DNA of 64,000 nt from Clostridia bacterium (lineage in GTDB: Bacteria; Bacillota; Clostridia; Oscillospirales; QAKW01), in contig JAFSCX010000004.1 in NCBI GenBank assembly GCA_017436525.1, forward strand, positions 4,788 through 68,787, given 5' to 3'. A program made the position numbers and the translations under genes. The notes beneath the pieces are model-generated. The model saw only the letters and a program-made list of their open reading frames with translations, had not been told where the DNA came from and did not search any database. Positions 57,988-64,000 of this stretch are shown here, one piece after another (position 1 is the stretch's first letter; each line of letters begins with the position of its first letter).

Positions 57988-59361
57988 ATGTTGGAATCTC
58001 CCGATCATATTTTGATCGAATTAAAGAAGATGGCGGATGAAGGAAAATTCACCCCTTTTCGGAATATTGCAGAGCATTATGAAGCGGCCGACCTTGCTTG
58101 GGCGCTGGGAAGGTTGGACGATCGTTCGTTGGTGCTGGCCTTTCGGATGTTGGGCAAGGAAAGTGCGGCCAAGGTCTTTGTGGAGATGGAGACCGATGAG
58201 CAGGAACTGCTGATCGGGGCATTGACCGATCGAGAATTGAGGGCGGTAGTAGATGATCTTTATTTGGATGATGCCGCCGATTTGATCGAGGAATTGCCCG
58301 CCATTGTAGTTAAGCGGATCTTGAAGAATACAGATCCTCAGATGCGGGAGCAGATCAATGCCCTTTTGCGCTATCCCAAAGATAGTGCGGGAAGCATCAT
58401 GACGCCCGAATATATTGCATTACGCCGCACCATGACGGTTGCCGAGGCTTTTGATCGGATCCGCAAAATCGGGTTGGATAAAGAGACGGTCTATACCTGC
58501 TATGTGGTTACCAAATCCCGCCGCCTGGAAGGGGTTATAACCGTTAAGGACCTTCTGATGGCGGAGCTGGATGATAAAATTGAATCGCTGATGGAGCGGG
58601 ATGTGGTCAGCTTCAAGACCCTTGATGATCGGGAAATGGTAGCTCGCGCATTCGATAAATATGATTTTCTTGCTTTTCCCATTACCGATGGAGAAGGGCG
58701 TCTGGTCGGGATCGTTACGGTAGACGATGCAATGGATGTATTGCAGGAGGAGACCACCGAGGATATCGAAAAGATGGCGGCCATTTTGCCGGGCGATAAA
58801 CCCTATCTGAAGACAGGCGTGTTTGCCACCTTTAAGAATCGTATTCCTTGGCTTTTGATCTTGATGATTTCCGCCACCGTTACCGGCCGGATTATTGCCG
58901 GTTTTGAGGCGGCTCTTGCGGCGCAAGCAGCGCTGATTGCCTTTATTCCCATGCTGATGGATACTGCGGGCAATTCAGGCTCTCAGGCTTCGGTTACCGT
59001 CATCCGCGCTCTTTCGCTGCAGGAATTGCGCTTCGGCGATATATTTAAGGTCGTTTGGAAGGAATTGCGGGTATCGTTGCTTTGCGGTGTCTTTTTGAGT
59101 TTGGCAAATTTCATCAAGATCTTATTGATAGATCGGCTTCTTTTCGGCTCGCCGATTTCTATTATGATGGCGGCGGCAGTCTGCCTCACCCTATGCTTTA
59201 TCGTTGTAGTGGCGAAATTTGTCGGCTGCACATTGCCGATGGGCGCTAAGAAAATCGGCCTTGATCCTGCGGTGATGGCAAGCCCGTTTATTACAACGAT
59301 TGTGGATGCCATTTCGCTGCTGATTTATTTCGCCATTACGCGTGTTATGCTGGGAATATAA
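57988..59361 (+). CDS. mgtE: Magnesium transporter MgtE
   Basis: N-domain, tandem CBS domains, and a TM domain with PMLMDTAGNSGSQ. Confidence 0.92.
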   Translation: MLESPDHILIELKKMADEGKFTPFRNIAEHYEAADLAWALGRLDDRSLVLAFRMLGKESAAKVFVEMETDEQELLIGALTDRELRAVVDDLYLDDAADLIEELPAIVVKRILKNTDPQMREQINALLRYPKDSAGSIMTPEYIALRRTMTVAEAFDRIRKIGLDKETVYTCYVVTKSRRLEGVITVKDLLMAELDDKIESLMERDVVSFKTLDDREMVARAFDKYDFLAFPITDGEGRLVGIVTVDDAMDVLQEETTEDIEKMAAILPGDKPYLKTGVFATFKNRIPWLLILMISATVTGRIIAGFEAALAAQAALIAFIPMLMDTAGNSGSQASVTVIRALSLQELRFGDIFKVVWKELRVSLLCGVFLSLANFIKILLIDRLLFGSPISIMMAAAVCLTLCFIVVVAKFVGCTLPMGAKKIGLDPAVMASPFITTIVDAISLLIYFAITRVMLGI

Positions 59362-59389
59362 AATAATTGAAAAAACAGCAAAATTTCTC

Positions 59390-59418
59390 TTGCAATCCAT
59401 ATTTTTATATGATATACT
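59390..59418 (+). promoter_or_regulatory. rpsB-tsf promoter
   Basis: TTGCAA (59390-59395), 17-nt spacer, TATACT (59413-59418). Followed by a leader of about 105 nt with several complementary segments. Confidence 0.5.
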
Positions 59419-59530
59419 TTTAGGGCTGTAAAAATACTCACACAGCTCTTTGCCCCTTGTTTCGAAAGAAATTTCGGTGGGGTTTGCAGCAGAGAGCTGT
59501 GGCGGTAAAAAACAAAAGGAGGAAATAAAC

Positions 59531-60259
59531 ATGTCCGTTATTTCTATGAAACAGCTGTTGGAGGCCGGTGTACATTTCGGCCATCAGACCAGAAGATGGA
59601 ACCCCAAAATGGCAGAGTACATCTTCACCGAGAGAAATGGTATTTATATCATTGATCTGCAGAAGACCGTTAAGAAGGTCGAAGAGGCATACAACTTCAT
59701 GCGTGATGTTGCAGCCGAGGGCGGCGAGGTGCTTTTTGTAGGTACCAAGAAGCAGGCTCAGGAGTCTATCCGCGAGGAAGCAAAGAGAGTGGGTCAGTAT
59801 CATGTATCCGTTCGTTGGCCCGGCGGTATGCTCACCAACTTCAATACCATCCGTAAGTCCATCAACCGCTTGAATCAGCTGGAGAAGATGGCTGAGGACG
59901 GCACCTTCGATCTGCTTCCCAAGAAGGAAGTGCTGAAGCTTCGTCATGAGATGGAGATTCTGGAGAAGAACTATGGCGGTATCAAAGAGATGAAGAAGGC
60001 TCCTGCTGCATTGTTTGTAGTAGATCCCAAGAAGGAGCACATTGCAATCTCCGAGGCTAAGAAGCTGGGGATCCCCGTCGTTGCGATCGTTGATACCAAC
60101 TGTGATCCCGAAGAGGTCGATTTCCCCATCCCCGGCAATGACGATGCAATCCGCGCTGTTAAGCTGATTGCTGAGACCATGGCCAATGCGATTTTGGAAG
60201 GCAAGCAGGGCGAGCAGCTGGCTGATGAGGCCGCTGAGGAAGTTCCCGTTGCTGAATAA
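59531..60259 (+). CDS. rpsB: 30S ribosomal protein S2
   Basis: [30 protein letters not shown] 59531 sits behind AAGGAGG. Confidence 0.97.
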   Translation: MSVISMKQLLEAGVHFGHQTRRWNPKMAEYIFTERNGIYIIDLQKTVKKVEEAYNFMRDVAAEGGEVLFVGTKKQAQESIREEAKRVGQYHVSVRWPGGMLTNFNTIRKSINRLNQLEKMAEDGTFDLLPKKEVLKLRHEMEILEKNYGGIKEMKKAPAALFVVDPKKEHIAISEAKKLGIPVVAIVDTNCDPEEVDFPIPGNDDAIRAVKLIAETMANAILEGKQGEQLADEAAEEVPVAE

Positions 60260-60277
60260 TCAAGGGAGGAAAAAAGA

Positions 60278-61189
60278 ATGAATTTTACTGCTAAAGATGT
60301 TGCCGCTCTGCGTGAGACCACCGGCTGCGGTATGATGGATTGTAAAAAAGCCCTCACCGAGGCAGACGGTAATGTAGATAAAGCAATCGAGCTTCTTCGC
60401 GAGAAGGGCCTTGCTGCTCAGGCAAAGAAGGCCAGCCGTATCGCTTCCGAGGGTATGGTTGATACCTATATTAATGAGAAGGTCGGCGTTATCATCGAGG
60501 TAAACTCCGAGACCGACTTTGTCGCAAAGAACGCAGAGTTCCAGGCTCTGGTTAAGGGCGCTGCTAAGGCTGCTGCTGATCATAATCCTGCCGATGTAGA
60601 TGCTCTGAAGGCTTGCAAATTTGAAGATACCGAGTTCACCGTTGAGGATATCCTTCGCGAGAAGATCCTGAAGATCGGTGAGAATATGAACATCCGTCGC
60701 TTTGAGCGTCTGGAAGGCAATTGCGTCAGCTATGTGCATGGCGGCGGCAGCGAGGCTGCTATGGTTCTCTTCGAGGGCGATGCTGCTAATGAGGCTGTTC
60801 GCGAGGCTCTTCGCAATGTCTGCATGCAGATCGTTGCAATGCATCCCGCATATCTCTGCCGTGAGGAAGTTCCCGCAGAGGTAATCGAGAATGAGAAGAA
60901 CATTCTTTTGGCTCAGATTAAGAATGATCCCAAGAACGCAAATAAGCCCGAGAACATTCTGGAGAAGATGATCGGCGGTAAGATCGGTAAGTATTATACC
61001 GAGAACTGCTTGCTGGAGCAGGCTTATGTAAGAGATGATAAGATCTCTGTAGGCGAATATCTCAAGCAGGTTGGCAAAGAGGCCGGTTCCGAAGTCGCCA
61101 TCAAGTCTTTTGTTTCCTATGTAAAGGGCGAAGGCCTTGAGAAGAGAGTCGATGATTTCGCAGCTGAAGTTGCCAGCATGAGCAAGTAA
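60278..61189 (+). CDS. tsf: Elongation factor Ts
   Basis: LRETTGCGMMDCKKAL UBA-like N-terminus, 303 aa, downstream of rpsB. Confidence 0.97.
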   Translation: MNFTAKDVAALRETTGCGMMDCKKALTEADGNVDKAIELLREKGLAAQAKKASRIASEGMVDTYINEKVGVIIEVNSETDFVAKNAEFQALVKGAAKAAADHNPADVDALKACKFEDTEFTVEDILREKILKIGENMNIRRFERLEGNCVSYVHGGGSEAAMVLFEGDAANEAVREALRNVCMQIVAMHPAYLCREEVPAEVIENEKNILLAQIKNDPKNANKPENILEKMIGGKIGKYYTENCLLEQAYVRDDKISVGEYLKQVGKEAGSEVAIKSFVSYVKGEGLEKRVDDFAAEVASMSK

Positions 61190-61260
61190 TTTTAGACCAA
61201 CTATTAAAAGCGACCTCGGTTTTTCCGAGGTCGCTTTGAAAAATTGAAGGAGAAGGTAAC

Positions 61261-61746
61261 ATGGCAGAAAAGGTTATTTCTTTAACTCTGGAAGGAAAAG
61301 CAAAGCTGGAGGCAGAGCTTGCCGAGCTGAAATCTACCAAGCGGGAAGAGATCGCAGAGAAGATCAAGGTTGCTCGTTCTTACGGCGACCTTTCCGAGAA
61401 TAGCGAATATGATGAAGCGAAAAATGAGCAGGCAATTGTCGAAGCTCGTATTGCTAAGCTGGAAGCTACCTTGAAAAATGCAGTCATCGTTGAGGATGAG
61501 GCTGCTCAGAAGGTAGACGAAGATCGCATCCGTTTGGGTACTCATATCACCGTATTGGATGTAGAGACCGGCGAAAAAATGGATTATGATATCGTAAGCT
61601 CCATCGAGGCGGATCCTATGAACGGTAAGATTTCTGATGACAGCCCCTTGGGTTCTGCTGTCTTGGGTAAAAAGAGCGGCGAGACGGTAGAGGTTGAGGC
61701 CCCCATCGGGATCTTGAAATATGAGATCCTTTCTGTAGAAAAGTAA
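61261..61746 (+). CDS. greA: Transcription elongation factor GreA
   Basis: YGDLSENSEYDEAKNEQ acidic-tip motif, 161 aa. Confidence 0.95.
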   Translation: MAEKVISLTLEGKAKLEAELAELKSTKREEIAEKIKVARSYGDLSENSEYDEAKNEQAIVEARIAKLEATLKNAVIVEDEAAQKVDEDRIRLGTHITVLDVETGEKMDYDIVSSIEADPMNGKISDDSPLGSAVLGKKSGETVEVEAPIGILKYEILSVEK

Positions 61747-61760
61747 TTAGGAGAAGATCA

Positions 61761-63257
61761 ATGGATCAGAATCAAAATCAAAATAATCAGCCCGAGCTCT
61801 CCTTGAGCGAGCAGCAGCAGATCCGCCGCGAGAAGCTGGCGGCAATGTGCGAGGCCGGCAACGATCCTTTTGTAAAGACCAAATATGATGTAGACGCTTA
61901 TTCCACCACCATTAAGGCGGATTATGAATCCTATGAGGAAAAGACGGTCTCCTTAGGCGGCCGTATCATTTCCCGCAGAATCATGGGGAAGGCCAGCTTT
62001 GTGGGCTTGCGTGATGGCGAGGGTGATATTCAGCTTTATGTCCGTAGAGACGATGTGGGTGAAGAGGTCTATGCCGATTTCAAAAAATGGGATATCGGCG
62101 ATTGCATCGGCGTTAAGGGCTTTGTTTTCAAGACCAAGACCGGGGAGATCTCTGTCCATGCGCAGCATATTGAGCTTTTGGCAAAATCCCTGCTGCCCCT
62201 GCCGGAAAAATTCCATGGCTTGAAGGATCAGGATTTGCGTTATCGCCAGCGCTATGTGGATCTGATTGTCAATCCCGAGGTGCGCGATACCTTCATAAAG
62301 CGCTCTCAGATTTTGCGTGAGATCCGTAATTATCTGGATAATAAGGGCTTTTTGGAGGTGGATACTCCGATCCTTGTTCCTTTGGAGATCGGTGCTTCCG
62401 CCCGCCCCTTTAAGACCCATCATAATACCCTCGATATGGATATGTATTTAAGAATCGAGACGGAGCTTTATCTGAAGCGCTTGATTGTGGGCGGTATGAA
62501 TAAGGTTTATGAGGTCGGCAGAATCTTCCGTAATGAGGGAATGGATACCAAGCATAATCCCGAATTCACCTCTATCGAGCTTTATCAGGCTTATACCGAT
62601 TATTATGGAATGATGGATCTGGTAGAAGAGCTCTATACCATGCTGGCAGAGAAGATCTGCGGCAGCACCAAGATTACCTATCAGGGCAAAGAAATCGATA
62701 TGGGTAAATGGGAGCGGCTGACTATGGTGGAGGCCGTTAAGAAATATGCAGGCGTGGATTATTATGATTGGAAATCCGATGAAGAAGCCCGCGCTTGCGC
62801 AAAGGAAAAGCATGTAGAGGTTCCCGCTAATGCTACTAAAGGCACTGTCCTTGTGGAGTTCTTTGATGCATATGTGGAAGAGAATCTCATCCAGCCCACC
62901 TTCATCTATGATTACCCCGTAGAGAATAGCCCCTTGGCAAAGCGGAAGCCCGAGGATCCCGCTTTCACCGAGCGGTTTGAGTATTTCATCAACTGCACGG
63001 AATACGGCAACGCCTTCAGCGAGCTCAATGATCCCATCGATCAAAGAGAGCGCTTTGAGAAGCAGGTTGCTGCTAAGAAAGCAGAGGATCCCAACTGTAA
63101 TTCCGAGGTAGATTATGATTATATCAATGCTTTGGAATATGGTATGGTCCCCACTGGCGGCCTCGGCTTCGGCATCGACCGCCTTGTCATGCTGCTGACC
63201 GATAGCCCCTCTATTCGGGACGTTTTATTGTTCCCCACGATGAAGCCTATCGACTAA
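61761..63257 (+). CDS. lysS: Lysine--tRNA ligase (class II)
   Basis: OB-fold N-domain, class II motifs FRNEGMDTKHNPEFTSIE and GGLGFGIDRLVMLL. Confidence 0.96.
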   Translation: MDQNQNQNNQPELSLSEQQQIRREKLAAMCEAGNDPFVKTKYDVDAYSTTIKADYESYEEKTVSLGGRIISRRIMGKASFVGLRDGEGDIQLYVRRDDVGEEVYADFKKWDIGDCIGVKGFVFKTKTGEISVHAQHIELLAKSLLPLPEKFHGLKDQDLRYRQRYVDLIVNPEVRDTFIKRSQILREIRNYLDNKGFLEVDTPILVPLEIGASARPFKTHHNTLDMDMYLRIETELYLKRLIVGGMNKVYEVGRIFRNEGMDTKHNPEFTSIELYQAYTDYYGMMDLVEELYTMLAEKICGSTKITYQGKEIDMGKWERLTMVEAVKKYAGVDYYDWKSDEEARACAKEKHVEVPANATKGTVLVEFFDAYVEENLIQPTFIYDYPVENSPLAKRKPEDPAFTERFEYFINCTEYGNAFSELNDPIDQRERFEKQVAAKKAEDPNCNSEVDYDYINALEYGMVPTGGLGFGIDRLVMLLTDSPSIRDVLLFPTMKPID

Positions 63258-63265
63258 CAAAATGG

Positions 63266-63302
63266 ACACCCTATGACTGCAAAAGTCATAGGGTGTTTTT
63301 TG
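63266..63302 (+). terminator. Rho-independent terminator after lysS
   Basis: ACACCCTATGACT / AGTCATAGGGTGT stem followed by TTTTTT. Confidence 0.85.
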
Positions 63303-63366
63303 AATATTAAAAAATATCCTTTGCCGATTACAAGATGAAAAAAACCTTAATACATGCTGGAGATAA

Positions 63367-63395
63367 TTGACTTATAATCAAAATCGGTGTATAAT
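63367..63395 (+). promoter_or_regulatory. Promoter for the cohesin-like gene
   Basis: TTGACT (63367-63372), 17-nt spacer, TATAAT (63390-63395). Confidence 0.5.
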
Positions 63396-63469
63396 GAACA
63401 AAAGAATAACATATTTGTTCTTTTTAATAGGGCAAAGTGCCTTATAATTCGTGAAATGGAGAGATGGTT

Positions 63470-64000
63470 ATGAGTATGCGTAGATTATTGTCATTAGTTG
63501 TAGCAATTGTAATGATGTTCAGCATTGTAGGCACGCAGTTGGTTGTTGCAAATGCAATCGGTGAGCCTACCGTTACAGTTGGCAGCGGAACCGGTGAGCG
63601 GGGAGAGGATGTAACCTTGACAATAGAGTTATCCAATAATCCGGGCATTTGCGCTGCCCAAATTTGGGTTCACTATGCTGAAGGATTGGTATTAAAATCG
63701 GCTACTGATTCCGGCCTTTTAGCGGGCGCCGAATTTGGCGGAGACAAGAATGCCAATCCCTATGGATTATCTTGGGAAGATGGCACCAATGCTGAGAGAG
63801 CAGATAATACCGGCAATGGCACATTGGTTACCTTGGTTTTCACCATCGATCCTTCTGCAGAGCTGGGTGATCATGATGTTTCTGTTACTTATGATTCGGG
63901 CGATATTTATAATATGGCCTTGGAGGATGTGGATTTCGCGCTTGTTTCCGGAACGGTAACAGTTAATTGCCAACATGTAAATACCGAAATTCGTGATAAT
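63470..64000 (+). CDS. Secreted cohesin-domain-like protein (5' part; runs off the window)
   Basis: Not in the ORF track because it has no stop inside the window. My translation is MSMRRLLSLVVAIVMMFSIVGTQLVVANA|IGEPTVTVGSGTGERGEDVTLTIELSNNPGICAAQIWVHYAEGL...GTLVTLVFTIDPSAELGDHDVSVTY. That gives a signal peptide plus a cohesin-like beta-sandwich pattern. Confidence 0.55.
   Translation, partial: MSMRRLLSLVVAIVMMFSIVGTQLVVANAIGEPTVTVGSGTGERGEDVTLTIELSNNPGICAAQIWVHYAEGLVLKSATDSGLLAGAEFGGDKNANPYGLSWEDGTNAERADNTGNGTLVTLVFTIDPSAELGDHDVSVTYDSGDIYNMALEDVDFALVSGTVTVNCQHVNTEIRDN

Overview
This 64 kb window looks like a chromosomal, mostly housekeeping region of a Firmicutes/Clostridia-type genome. The taxon is my inference from gene content: type III glutamine synthetase, a cohesin-like secreted protein, a YgiQ radical SAM protein, and roughly 50% GC by eye. 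Coding density is high and the genes sit in short co-directional operons.

Genes I can recognise:
- Translation and transcription: pnp-rpsO, rpmE, efp, rpsB-tsf, greA, lysS, pcrA.
- Lysine biosynthesis: a dapA-dapB-aspartate kinase-lysA operon behind a lysine (L-box) riboswitch.
- Energy: a complete F-type ATP synthase operon.
- Transport: a tandem ABC exporter pair, plus ZIP, SulP, AzlCD, AI-2E, MgtE and EamA transporters.
- Other: a minimal SufC/SufBD pair, type III glutamine synthetase and ppa.

I saw no transposase, integrase, phage genes, CRISPR array, tRNA or rRNA.

Observations worth a second look:
1. The ATP synthase operon has no stand-alone delta gene. A single uninterrupted 736-aa ORF joins a b-like membrane anchor, a delta (OSCP)-like segment and a full alpha subunit. 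Epsilon is only 94 aa.
2. A BclA-like collagen-repeat protein has a Cys-rich N-terminus and near-perfect 99-nt internal duplications, and is followed by a GT2-TPR glycosyltransferase.
3. A lipoprotein, an OmpR/PhoR-type two-component system and two translationally coupled membrane-anchored RCC1-repeat proteins form one cluster.
4. A COG0523 metallochaperone pair includes a duplicated His-rich/CTCGCHDH cassette and a degenerate CobW-like protein with a DUF1980-like C-terminal module.
5. An XRE-HTH::PfkB kinase fusion is coupled to a lyxose-isomerase-like cupin.
6. Three intergenic loci (about 21.15-21.42 kb, 31.11-31.46 kb, 53.48-53.88 kb) consist of inverted-repeat-bounded clusters of short hairpins sitting in or next to terminators. 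They could be MITE-like insertions or structured RNAs.

All protein calls rest on motif recognition in the supplied translations. No database search was run.
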